44,582 nucleotides of DNA, taken from the sequence record SRR22947725_4464; one strand, given 5' to 3'. Made by a program: the position numbers and the translations under genes. The notes under the pieces were generated by a model. It saw only the letters and a program-made list of their open reading frames with translations. It was not told where the DNA came from and did not search any database. Positions 19,516 to 28,944 of the stretch are shown in pieces (the stretch's first letter is position 1; each line of letters begins with the position of its first letter).

Positions 19516-22089
19516 GTGAATCCACGCACTAAATTAGAACGTTTTGAGGAAAACGTTTTATCAAAATTTAACCTTTACGACAGTATATTTTCAACCTTAC
19601 CATATTCAAAAATCACGAATACGGCTACGCTTTTGCCTTTGTTCTCAAACACTTGTAAAGATGGGTATGATAAAGGACTTAACCCAAAAGATATCGTTGA
19701 AGGTTTTTTTACACGCTATTATCCAGATTTCAGCAAGTCAGAACAGACAGATTTACTGTTTCGTTTTATTCAGTTTATTGAGCGTCGCGTGGTTTTATTT
19801 GATGCTGTTGAGGATGCTGCTTACAGCCGAATTAACAACATGAGTGGTGTGGGAACACTGCGTAATCTTAAAGAAGAAGCAGAGTCACGCCAAAAAACAG
19901 CGGAGTTAAAAGAGCTTTTGCAGGAAATTAATGTTCGTCCTGTGCTTACGGCACACCCAACACAGTTTTATCCAGGTTCCGTTCTTGGAATTATTACTGA
20001 TTTAGGCAAGGGTATTCAAAGAAACGATTTACAAGAAATCAAACTCCTTCTTGCTCAACTTGGTAGAACGCCGTTTTTCAAAAAGAAAAAACCAACCCCG
20101 TTAGACGAGGCAAAAAGTTTGATTTGGTATTTAAGCAACGTTTTTTATCCTGCTATAGGTGAAATTCAATCGTATGTACAACGTCATATTTTTAAGGGAG
20201 TATCCCTTTCAAATCAAACGGTGAAGCTTGGGTTCTGGCCTGGTGGTGATAGAGATGGCAACCCTTTTGTAACAACTGCAATAACACGTAAAACTGCTCA
20301 GTTATTACGGAGTAGTGTAATTCGAAATTATTACCGCGATATACGTAAACTTAGAAGGCGCTTAACTTTTGCAGGGGTGGAAGAGATTGTTTTGGAGGTT
20401 GAAAAAAAATTATATAACAGTATTTTTAAGCTAGATAAAGAGCCAGAAATTTCTTTAGAGGAGTTAAAAGAAAAGCTCAATGAAATATTAATACTCGTTG
20501 AAAAAGATTACCACGGTCTTTTTGAAAAAGAACTCCGTGACTTTATCGGCAAAGTCAATGTATTTGGGTATCACTTTGCTAGTTTAGACATTCGTCAAGA
20601 CTCGAGAGTGCACCACGACGCGTTTTTAACGCTTTTAAGCCAAACCAACGCTAACGGTGTTACTGATTCGTCGTTTGACTACCAAACAGCCTCTGAGGAC
20701 GCCCGTATAGACTTCTTGACCTCACTTACAGGAGATGTTGATCCAGATTCGTTTGAGGATGAAGCTGTTCGAAAAGCCCTTGGATCCATCCGTGCCATAA
20801 AAGCCATTCAAAAAACAAATGGTGAAGCGGGTTGTAACCGTTATATAATAAGTAACAACCAAACAGCGCAAAACATTTTTGAGGTATTTGCCATGATTCG
20901 ACTTAGCGACTGGACAGCTCCTACAGTTGATATTGTTCCGTTGTTTGAAACGATACCTGATTTGGAAATTGCTGTTGAAGTAATGGACAAAGTGTATTCA
21001 AACCAAGAATACCGTGCACACTTGAGCAGAAGGGCTGATAAGCAGACAATTATGCTTGGCTTTTCCGATGGCACAAAAGATGGTGGCTATTTGATGGCCA
21101 ACTGGAGTATTTATAAAGCAAAAGAAGCGCTAACAGCCATTTCTAGAAAACATGGAATTAATGTAGCTTTCTTTGATGGGCGTGGTGGGCCACCAGCTCG
21201 TGGAGGAGGAAACACGCACCAATTTTATGCTTCTATGGGATCTAGCGTTGAGGCTGATGAGATTCAGATAACGGTTCAAGGACAAACCATTAGTTCAAAC
21301 TTTGGTACGCTGAATTCATGCCGCTATAACCTTGAGCAACTTTTAAGTGCTGGGGTTTCAAACCGCCTTTTTGCAGATAAGAGCAAGGATTTAGATGATG
21401 ATGACAGAGCTACAATGACGCAATTGGCTGAAACAAGCTATGAAACGTACAAAAACTTTAAAGCGCATCCGAAATTTTTACCCTACCTCGAGCACATGAG
21501 TACGCTTAAGTATTATGCAAAAACCAATATTGGAAGTCGACCATCTAAGAGGAAGTCAAGTAAGACATTGGATTTTTCTGCACTTCGTGCAATTCCCTTT
21601 GTTGGAAGTTGGAGTCAATTAAAACAAAACGTACCTGGTTTTTATGGTGTAGGTACTGCGCTAGAAACTTTTGATAAAGCTGGTTCTTTTGACAAGGCAA
21701 TGCGATTATATAAAAACAATGCATTTTTTAGAACACTTATTTCTAATTCAATGATGAGTTTGCAGAAATCCTTTTTTAGTCTCACTGCATATATGGAGCA
21801 AGATGCTGAATATGGTCCGTTTTGGAAAGTTATCCATGACGAATACGAGCGCTCAAAGCACTATATTCTTAAACTTACTGAAATGGATGTACTTATGGAA
21901 GATCAGCCATCTGGTAAGGCCTCTATTCGAATTAGGGAGGAAATAGTACAACCATTGCTTACGATCCAACAATATGCACTTTTGAATATTCAAAACAGCA
22001 AGATCAGCGATCCTGAAATAGAGGTTATGGAAAAAATGGTAACACGGTCGTTGTTCGGAAATATTAATGCAAGTAGAAACTCTGCTTAA
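19516..22089 (+). CDS. ppc: Phosphoenolpyruvate carboxylase
   Basis: VLTAHPT, GGDRDGNP, LDIRQ, VPLFET, KDGG, GRGG, LRAIP; GTG start. Confidence 0.96.
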   Translation: MNPRTKLERFEENVLSKFNLYDSIFSTLPYSKITNTATLLPLFSNTCKDGYDKGLNPKDIVEGFFTRYYPDFSKSEQTDLLFRFIQFIERRVVLFDAVEDAAYSRINNMSGVGTLRNLKEEAESRQKTAELKELLQEINVRPVLTAHPTQFYPGSVLGIITDLGKGIQRNDLQEIKLLLAQLGRTPFFKKKKPTPLDEAKSLIWYLSNVFYPAIGEIQSYVQRHIFKGVSLSNQTVKLGFWPGGDRDGNPFVTTAITRKTAQLLRSSVIRNYYRDIRKLRRRLTFAGVEEIVLEVEKKLYNSIFKLDKEPEISLEELKEKLNEILILVEKDYHGLFEKELRDFIGKVNVFGYHFASLDIRQDSRVHHDAFLTLLSQTNANGVTDSSFDYQTASEDARIDFLTSLTGDVDPDSFEDEAVRKALGSIRAIKAIQKTNGEAGCNRYIISNNQTAQNIFEVFAMIRLSDWTAPTVDIVPLFETIPDLEIAVEVMDKVYSNQEYRAHLSRRADKQTIMLGFSDGTKDGGYLMANWSIYKAKEALTAISRKHGINVAFFDGRGGPPARGGGNTHQFYASMGSSVEADEIQITVQGQTISSNFGTLNSCRYNLEQLLSAGVSNRLFADKSKDLDDDDRATMTQLAETSYETYKNFKAHPKFLPYLEHMSTLKYYAKTNIGSRPSKRKSSKTLDFSALRAIPFVGSWSQLKQNVPGFYGVGTALETFDKAGSFDKAMRLYKNNAFFRTLISNSMMSLQKSFFSLTAYMEQDAEYGPFWKVIHDEYERSKHYILKLTEMDVLMEDQPSGKASIRIREEIVQPLLTIQQYALLNIQNSKISDPEIEVMEKMVTRSLFGNINASRNSA

Positions 22090-23138
22090 CTAGCGTAAAA
22101 ATCAAAGGCTTTTTGAATTAGGGACTCAGGAACTGATTGGTTCCATACGGGTTCACCTATGGCTGCTAGTAAGACAAATAGAACATTACCGTTTTCATTT
22201 TTCTTATCATGAGTTAGCATAGCTACAATAGCTTTGATTGTTTCTGCATCGAAAGACACTTTTGGATAAATACTACCAAAAACATTTTTAATTTGTTTTG
22301 CATTAGCTAATGGCAAGCCTGTTAATTCACTAGATAAGTAAGCCTCCAGGACCATTCCAATGGCAATAGCTTCTCCATGTAACAGTCTTTCTTTGTTATC
22401 TGAAATTAAATAATGTGATTCGATTGCATGACCCAGCGTATGACCAAAGTTTAATATTTTTCTAAGATTGTGTTCAAACGGGTCTTCAGTCACCACTTTT
22501 GCCTTAACGCCTACTGAACGGTAGATATGTGGAAGAATTTCATCGCGATTCAAATAACCACTTAATGTTTTAAAATAATTGGGCTCTCGAATAAGCCCAT
22601 GTTTTAACATTTCAGCATATCCACTGCGGTACTCATTTTCAGGGAGTGTTTGTAAAAAGAAGTTGTCTACAAGTACCATTTTAGGCTCTTCAATAGCACC
22701 AACTTGGTTTTTTAATGGGCCTAAATCAATTCCAGTTTTACCTCCAATAGAAGCATCGACCATGGCTAGGAGGGAAGTAGGGATGTTTATAAAATCGATA
22801 CCCCGCTTAAAAGTACAAGCGACAAAGCCACCTAGGTCAGTGACTACACCACCACCAAGATTGATAAGCAAGCTTTTTCTATCTGCACCTTGTGCAGAAA
22901 GCGCATTCCAAAGGGATACACAAGATTCAATATGCTTGTTTTCTTCTCCTGCATTCATTTCCAATAAATCATATGTGAAATTCACCTGATTCTTAAAATG
23001 TGATAAACAATACTTTTTTGTATTGCCATCTACTAAGACGAAAACGGAAGAGTAACTATAGGTATCTATACAGGAATTAAGAGAATCCCATGAGATTTCA
23101 CCAAATAAAACTTCGCTATGATTGGTTTTTATTCGCAT
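22086..23138 (-). CDS. aroB: 3-dehydroquinate synthase
   Basis: GGGVVTDLGGF, PTSLLAMVDASIGGKT, LNFGHTLGHAIE, HGEAIAIG. Confidence 0.97.
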   Translation of the reverse strand: MRIKTNHSEVLFGEISWDSLNSCIDTYSYSSVFVLVDGNTKKYCLSHFKNQVNFTYDLLEMNAGEENKHIESCVSLWNALSAQGADRKSLLINLGGGVVTDLGGFVACTFKRGIDFINIPTSLLAMVDASIGGKTGIDLGPLKNQVGAIEEPKMVLVDNFFLQTLPENEYRSGYAEMLKHGLIREPNYFKTLSGYLNRDEILPHIYRSVGVKAKVVTEDPFEHNLRKILNFGHTLGHAIESHYLISDNKERLLHGEAIAIGMVLEAYLSSELTGLPLANAKQIKNVFGSIYPKVSFDAETIKAIVAMLTHDKKNENGNVLFVLLAAIGEPVWNQSVPESLIQKAFDFYAS

Positions 23139-23152
23139 ATTTTAATAAAGAA

Positions 23153-23190
23153 CAAAATTAGTGCTTTTAACGAGTATTTTCCTAATTTTG
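23153..23190. promoter_or_regulatory. Divergent -7 elements for aroB and proline dehydrogenase
   Basis: TAATTTTG on - at 23153-60 and on + at 23183-90. Confidence 0.55.
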
Positions 23191-23230
23191 ATAGTAGTAG
23201 CATTTTTGGTTTCTAATTAAATTAAATTTC

Positions 23231-24379
23231 TTGATTTTATATCCCCACAAAACATCAAAGGAATTACGTGCCTCACTTGGTTTATTTTGGGTGTTGTCAC
23301 GACCCAAACTAGTAGGCGCAATCCTTTTGCTATGGAAATTATTCCATTATTGTAAAATCCCCATTAAACCATTCATAGGATTTTCTGGCTATTACCAGTT
23401 TTGTGCAGGAGAGGCCGTATCAGATTGCTTTAAGCCATCCAAAAGTTTGGCCTCTTTTGGTGTTTTTACTGCGCTAGACTATGCAAATGAATACGCTCAA
23501 ATCAAAACAGATTTTGATCATAATTTGCAAGTTATTTTGGAAACTATAGATGTAGCAAAAAACAATAAAAGTTATCCCTTTGCCGTACTAAAACCTTCTT
23601 CCTTAGGATCTTTTGAATTACTTGAAAAAAAATCGAGTGGGATAACGGTGTCATTATCTGAAGAAGCTGCATGGGAGCAACTTAAAGCGCGATTTGATGC
23701 TTGTGCTGCCGCCGCAATGCAAGCGGGTATTATACTTATGATTGATGCGGAAGAAAGTTGGATTCAACCTGCTGTAAATGAGTTGATATTACCCTTAGTG
23801 AAACGGTATAACAAAACTCGTGTGGTTATCGTAATCACCTTACAGCTTTATTTAAAACATTCAATTGATTTTTATAAAAACTTAGTTCATGATGCACATG
23901 CTAATAAGTATCTTTTGGGTGTTAAACTTGTTCGTGGGGCATACATGGAGAAAGAGCGTAATAGAGTACATAGGTTAAATCTTCTTAGCCCAGTGTGTAA
24001 TACAAAACAGCAAACAGATAATCAATACCGCAAGGCGTTGCAATTGGCTATGTATGATTTAAATGATCATGTTTGTATTATTGCTTCACACAATGAACAA
24101 GACATCACATGGGTGAAATCGTATTGCAAAGCCAATGCAATTGCACTAGGTGATAAGAATCTTTGGTTTAGTCAGCTCTACGGAATGCGTGATTACCTTT
24201 CCTTTTCTCTTGCTAACGAAGGGGCTAACGTAGTAAAATACATGCCTTTTGGGCCGTTACAACAATCGATACCTTACCTAACACGAAGGGCTTTAGAAAA
24301 TAGCGCAATGAAAGAACAAACAATACGTGAACGGGAAATGATCCGCAAAGAGCTAAAGATGCGAAATGCTAACGCTTGA
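23231..24379 (+). CDS. Monofunctional proline dehydrogenase (start uncertain, TTG)
   Basis: IDAEESW, KLVRGAY, ASHN, QLYGM, KY.PFG, YL.RR..EN. Confidence 0.88.
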   Translation: MILYPHKTSKELRASLGLFWVLSRPKLVGAILLLWKLFHYCKIPIKPFIGFSGYYQFCAGEAVSDCFKPSKSLASFGVFTALDYANEYAQIKTDFDHNLQVILETIDVAKNNKSYPFAVLKPSSLGSFELLEKKSSGITVSLSEEAAWEQLKARFDACAAAAMQAGIILMIDAEESWIQPAVNELILPLVKRYNKTRVVIVITLQLYLKHSIDFYKNLVHDAHANKYLLGVKLVRGAYMEKERNRVHRLNLLSPVCNTKQQTDNQYRKALQLAMYDLNDHVCIIASHNEQDITWVKSYCKANAIALGDKNLWFSQLYGMRDYLSFSLANEGANVVKYMPFGPLQQSIPYLTRRALENSAMKEQTIREREMIRKELKMRNANA

Positions 24380-24692
24380 AAAATGCAGTTTCTTTACAAT
24401 TTTCAACATAGAAAATATCTTTTTTATGGCGGAGCTTATACACATTACAAGAGTCTAATCCTAGGGTGCTTTCACTGAAACGAACATCCGTATCATCAAA
24501 CCATTTAATCGTGTCATGTATTGTGTAAAATCCTGCTTCAAAAATCCATTTCTTTTGTTGGATATCATTTTTTACTCTGGCATCTGGCGTATAGTTACAC
24601 TGGGTGCGTTTTCCATTAAAAAAGAAAAATAAAAAAATCAATCCTACAGAAAGACCAATTAAATAGTAGCCTAATCGCTTTATAAAACTCAT
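24369..24692 (-). CDS. Conserved membrane-anchored protein (DUF4258-like)
   Basis: RLGYYLIG...C.Y.P..RV pattern; ATGA overlap with tsaE. Confidence 0.65.
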   Translation of the reverse strand: MSFIKRLGYYLIGLSVGLIFLFFFFNGKRTQCNYTPDARVKNDIQQKKWIFEAGFYTIHDTIKWFDDTDVRFSESTLGLDSCNVYKLRHKKDIFYVENCKETAFFKR

Positions 24693-25093
24693 ATAAATGT
24701 TATTTGTCTAGTTTGGTGATCTATAGTTTCTATAATTATTACATGGTGCTTTTCAGTAATATATGACATCCCTATTTCTGGCCATTCAATAAAACAATAC
24801 CGATTAGCAGAAACATACTCTTCAAAACCGAACTCAACAAGTTCATTCGGATTATTGATTCGGTACAAATCTAAATGATAACCAGTTTCGCCTCCAATCA
24901 TTAGTTCATTTGCGACACCGAAAGTTGGACTAGAAATAGGATCATTACACCCCAATTCTTTCGCGAGTATTTTAACTAAAGTTGTCTTTCCTGCTCCTAG
25001 TTCACCCTTTAGTAAAATAACTTTATATCTAAACAGTGGAAGCAGTTCCTTGACAAAAGAATTAAGCGTATCTAGTTTGACTACTGAAACCAT
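24689..25093 (-). CDS. tsaE: tRNA threonylcarbamoyladenosine biosynthesis ATPase TsaE
   Basis: GELGAGKTT, SSPTF, HLDLYR, IEWPE; start moved to ATG 25093. Confidence 0.93.
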   Translation of the reverse strand: MVSVVKLDTLNSFVKELLPLFRYKVILLKGELGAGKTTLVKILAKELGCNDPISSPTFGVANELMIGGETGYHLDLYRINNPNELVEFGFEEYVSANRYCFIEWPEIGMSYITEKHHVIIIETIDHQTRQITFI

Positions 25094-25097
25094 GAAG

Positions 25098-25105
25098 CAA
25101 AAGTA
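25098..25105 (-). promoter_or_regulatory. -7 element TACTTTTG, 4 nt before tsaE ATG
   Basis: CAAAAGTA on the + strand. Confidence 0.5.
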
Positions 25106-25107
25106 AG

Positions 25108-26655
25108 CTACTTGGGAGAAAAGACCGCAAACGGAATACACATCTCTTCTAGCGAAATTCCTCCATGCTGATACGTATTCCTGAAATAATTCACAAAATA
25201 GTTGTAGCGCGTGGGGTAAATCAAATAAAAGTTATTTCTGGCAAATGCAAAAGAGCTACTCATGTTAATAGTTGGAAGTCCAATGGATTCGGGATTTGAT
25301 ACCACAAAAACATGTTTATCATCTGTTTTTAGCCTACGCCCTGTTTTGTAGCGAATATTGGAACTAGTTTCTCTGTCGCCAATAATTTTGGCGGGTTGCT
25401 CAACATTAATAGTACCATGATCTGTAGTGACAATAAGTTGATATCCCTTTTGCTGTGCGGTTTTAATAATCTCTAATAATGCTGTATTCTGAAACCAACT
25501 CTTTGTTAGGGAGCGATATGCTTTATCGGTACTCGCCAATTCTTTAATAACCTCCATTTCAGTTTTAGAATGGGAAATCATATCGACAAAATTATAAACA
25601 ACGGTTTTAAAAGCAGTAGCATTTTCTGATTTCAATGCATCTAAAAATTTTGACGCCTCACTAGGCTTTTTTATCTTAGTATAGGTGTAAGGCATTGAAA
25701 TCCCCAATCGATTTATCTGAGCAGCAAGGAAGTCTGCTTCATGCATGTTTTTACCACCCTCATCGGTATCGTTTTTCCACCACTGCGGATATTTTTTCTG
25801 CATTTCAACAGGTAGTAATCCTGAAAAAAAGGCATTCCGTGCGTATTGAGTGGCTGTTGGAAGTATGCTGCAATAGGGACTTTCCTTCTGAAGAGTATAG
25901 TATTTTGATAGAATAGGCTGGATAATTTTAAACTGATCATAGCGTAAATTATCAATCATTAGTAGTAGGGTAGGCTTGTTGGTTTTTAATTCTGGAAGTA
26001 CAAGCTTCTTAAAGGCTTGATGTGAAAAAACAACACCGTCATCAGTATTAAAAACGGAAGCGTAATTCTTTTCAATAAATCTACAAAAAGTAAGATTTGC
26101 CTCTGTTTTTTGATAGTGGAAAATCTCTTGTAACTCTGGGGAGTCTATGGTGTCCAGCTCCAATTCCCAAAAAAGTATTTTTTGATAAAGTGTAATCCAG
26201 TCGTCAAGCGTTTGCGCTTGCATCAGTAATCCGCTTAACTTTTGAAACGATTGCTGATAACTCAAAATTATTTTTTCTGTGATTAGTTTGGAAGACTCCA
26301 AGTTCTTTTTGAGTGCGAGTAAAATCTGGTTTGGATTGACTGGTTTAATAAGGTAGTCTGCAATTTTGGCTCCAATTGCTTCTTCCATAATATTTTCTTC
26401 TTCACTCTTAGTAATCATTATTATTGGCAAAGAAGGTTTTTGCTGTTTTAATGCATCTAACACTTCTAATCCGCTCATCCCAGGCATGTTTTCGTCTAAA
26501 AGCACAATGTCAAAGTTTTTGGAATCTACCAGCTCTAAGGCATCTTGACCACTATGTGCAACCTCAACATTATACCCTTTTTGAGATAGGAATAATATGT
26601 GTGCTTGAAGTAAATCAATTTCATCGTCAATCCAAAGAAGTTCAATCGGCTGCAT
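25108..26655 (-). CDS. porX: PorX response regulator (receiver + PglZ domain)
   Basis: LWIDDE, LLDENMPG, KP receiver motifs; IDNLRYDQ, LPTATQYARN, TTDHG, YQHGG PglZ motifs. Confidence 0.92.
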   Translation of the reverse strand: MQPIELLWIDDEIDLLQAHILFLSQKGYNVEVAHSGQDALELVDSKNFDIVLLDENMPGMSGLEVLDALKQQKPSLPIIMITKSEEENIMEEAIGAKIADYLIKPVNPNQILLALKKNLESSKLITEKIILSYQQSFQKLSGLLMQAQTLDDWITLYQKILFWELELDTIDSPELQEIFHYQKTEANLTFCRFIEKNYASVFNTDDGVVFSHQAFKKLVLPELKTNKPTLLLMIDNLRYDQFKIIQPILSKYYTLQKESPYCSILPTATQYARNAFFSGLLPVEMQKKYPQWWKNDTDEGGKNMHEADFLAAQINRLGISMPYTYTKIKKPSEASKFLDALKSENATAFKTVVYNFVDMISHSKTEMEVIKELASTDKAYRSLTKSWFQNTALLEIIKTAQQKGYQLIVTTDHGTINVEQPAKIIGDRETSSNIRYKTGRRLKTDDKHVFVVSNPESIGLPTINMSSSFAFARNNFYLIYPTRYNYFVNYFRNTYQHGGISLEEMCIPFAVFSPK

Positions 26656-26687
26656 ATGTGTATATTTGGGCGTAATTTAATATTAAG

Positions 26688-27905
26688 TTGAAACTCACCC
26701 AGTACAACGACCCAATTTACGGATTTATTACAATCCCTACACCTTTTATTGGCAAACTTGTCAATCATCCGTTTGTACAGCGCCTTCGAAGGATTAAACA
26801 AATGGGGCTTTCTTTTTTGGTTTTTCCGACAACCGAGCATACTCGCTTTCAACACGCACTCGGTGCCATGCACTTGGCAACTAAAGCAGTTGGGGTGTTA
26901 CGCAATCAACATATCCAAATCAGTAATGATGAAGCAGAAGCATTGTATGCATGTATGCTGTTACACGATCTAGGTCACGGACCCTTTTCACACGCTTTAG
27001 AGCATGTGCTAATGCCAAATGATTCTCATGAAGATATGTCGTTGGCGTTAATGCAAGAATTGAACACTCAATTTGAGGGGAAGTTGTCCATGGCTCTTGA
27101 AATGTTTACGGGTACTTATCCTAGGGAGTTTTTTTCACAGCTGATCAGTTCTCATATTGACCTCGACAGGCTGGATTATTTGAAACGCGACAGTTTTTAC
27201 TCTGGTGTAACTGAGGGTAATATCAATTCGGATCGACTTATTTCGATGATGAATGTAAAAGATGATAGTCTTGTTTTTAACGCAAAAGCAGTGTATTCTA
27301 TTGAAAAGTTTTTACTGGCTAGGAGAATGATGTATTGGTCCGTTTATTTACACAAAACTAGTTTTCTATCGGAAGAGCTATTGGTTCGCTTTTTTAAACG
27401 CGCCAAAGATTTAATCAGTGCGGATAAACCTTTGGTTGTTACAAGTGCTTTAGCATCGTTTTTAAAAGACAGTAATGACTCTATTAATGATAAAATTCAG
27501 CATTTCGTTCTATTGGACGATGCTGATGTTTGGACAATGTTAAAAGAAGCGATTTCAAATTCTGACGTGGTTCTTTCATCGCTTGCATCAATGCTATTGG
27601 ATCGAAAATTGCCGAAGATTACACTTTCAAATAATCCGTTTACTAACGATGAGTTAGAGCAACATCGAAATACCATTCGTTCCAAGCAAAATCTTTCAGA
27701 AGAAGAATTAGGCTATGTTGTGTTCAGCGGTAGTTTTCATATTCAAGGGTATAAAAAAAGCATAAGTCCCATTCAACTTTGCGATCATAAGGGTTCTTGT
27801 TTCTTGTTTGATACTTCATCAGACGTTGCTCATTTTCCAATGCTCACAAAAATGGATAGTAAGTACTATATGTCTTATCCTAAGGGTGACGGATATTTTT
27901 CTTAA
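26688..27905 (+). CDS. HD-domain phosphohydrolase
   Basis: DPIYG, QRLRRIKQ.G, HTRF.H.LG, HDLGHGPFSH, DRLDYL.RD; TTG start, TATATTTG at 26661-68 upstream. Confidence 0.9.
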   Translation: MKLTQYNDPIYGFITIPTPFIGKLVNHPFVQRLRRIKQMGLSFLVFPTTEHTRFQHALGAMHLATKAVGVLRNQHIQISNDEAEALYACMLLHDLGHGPFSHALEHVLMPNDSHEDMSLALMQELNTQFEGKLSMALEMFTGTYPREFFSQLISSHIDLDRLDYLKRDSFYSGVTEGNINSDRLISMMNVKDDSLVFNAKAVYSIEKFLLARRMMYWSVYLHKTSFLSEELLVRFFKRAKDLISADKPLVVTSALASFLKDSNDSINDKIQHFVLLDDADVWTMLKEAISNSDVVLSSLASMLLDRKLPKITLSNNPFTNDELEQHRNTIRSKQNLSEEELGYVVFSGSFHIQGYKKSISPIQLCDHKGSCFLFDTSSDVAHFPMLTKMDSKYYMSYPKGDGYFS

Positions 27906-27915
27906 TTTTGCACCT

Positions 27916-28944
27916 ATGAATTTTACCGCCTCACAAATTGCCGAACTGGTAGCTGGTACTGTTGAAGGAAATGTTGATGCAGAGGTCTCCAAGCTTTCAA
28001 AAATAGAGGAGGGTACTGAAGGGAGTTTGTCTTTTTTAGCGAATCCCAAGTATACTCCCTTTATATATGACACAAATGCAACAATTACATTGGTCAGTGA
28101 TTCCTTTGTAGCTGAAAAGCCTTACACAACAACTTTGGTTCGTGTATCTGATCCTTATGAGGCCTTTTCAAAACTTTTACGTCACTACAATGAAATTACA
28201 TCAAAGCCAGAATATAGCATTGCTGCTTCTGCTTTGGTTTCGCAAGACGCTGTAGTTCCTGATCATGTTTTTATTGGAGATTTTGCACTAATAGGTGCTA
28301 AAAGTGTAATAGGTAACGATGTTACGATACACTCACAAGTTTTTATTGGTCAAGATGTAACAATTGGTGATAACACAATTATACATTCTGGCGCTCGCAT
28401 CCTTAACGGTTCTAGCATAGGCTGTAATTGCGTAATACACAACAATGCAGTAATTGGAGCTGATGGCTTTGGATGGGCTCCTAATGATACGGGGTCTTAT
28501 GATAAGGTTCCACAGACAGGGAATGTTGTTATTGGTGATTTTGTTGATGTCGGTGCTAATACTACCATTGATAGAGCTACGTTAGGATCTACTAAAATTG
28601 GCAATGGTGTGAAGCTTGATAACTTGATTCAAATTGGTCATAATGTTGAAGTAGGCGATCATACAGTAATTGCTGCGCAAACAGGAATTGCAGGTTCTAC
28701 AAAAATTGGATCGTATTGTCAAATTGGAGGTCAAGTAGGTATCAGCGGCCATCTTACAATTGGCAATCGTGTTGGAATTCAAGCAAAATCGGGCATTTTG
28801 AAAAACATTAAGGATGACACCAAGGTTATGGGGTATCCCGCATTTGATTATAAGGCATTTAACAAGTCGTATGTGCACTTCCGTAATCTAAATGAACACA
28901 TTAAAGATCTTCAATCTCTTAAAAAGAAACTTGACCATGAGTAA
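27916..28944 (+). CDS. lpxD: UDP-3-O-acylglucosamine N-acyltransferase
   Basis: SFLANPKY, hexapeptide repeats, GADGFG, TTIDRA, KLDNLIQIGHN; ATG at 27916. Confidence 0.96.
   Translation: MNFTASQIAELVAGTVEGNVDAEVSKLSKIEEGTEGSLSFLANPKYTPFIYDTNATITLVSDSFVAEKPYTTTLVRVSDPYEAFSKLLRHYNEITSKPEYSIAASALVSQDAVVPDHVFIGDFALIGAKSVIGNDVTIHSQVFIGQDVTIGDNTIIHSGARILNGSSIGCNCVIHNNAVIGADGFGWAPNDTGSYDKVPQTGNVVIGDFVDVGANTTIDRATLGSTKIGNGVKLDNLIQIGHNVEVGDHTVIAAQTGIAGSTKIGSYCQIGGQVGISGHLTIGNRVGIQAKSGILKNIKDDTKVMGYPAFDYKAFNKSYVHFRNLNEHIKDLQSLKKKLDHE

Noticed and set aside
23231-23330. Proline dehydrogenase as a pseudogene because of its odd TTG start
   Set aside because: All catalytic motifs are intact and the frame is uninterrupted; only the start codon is uncertain.
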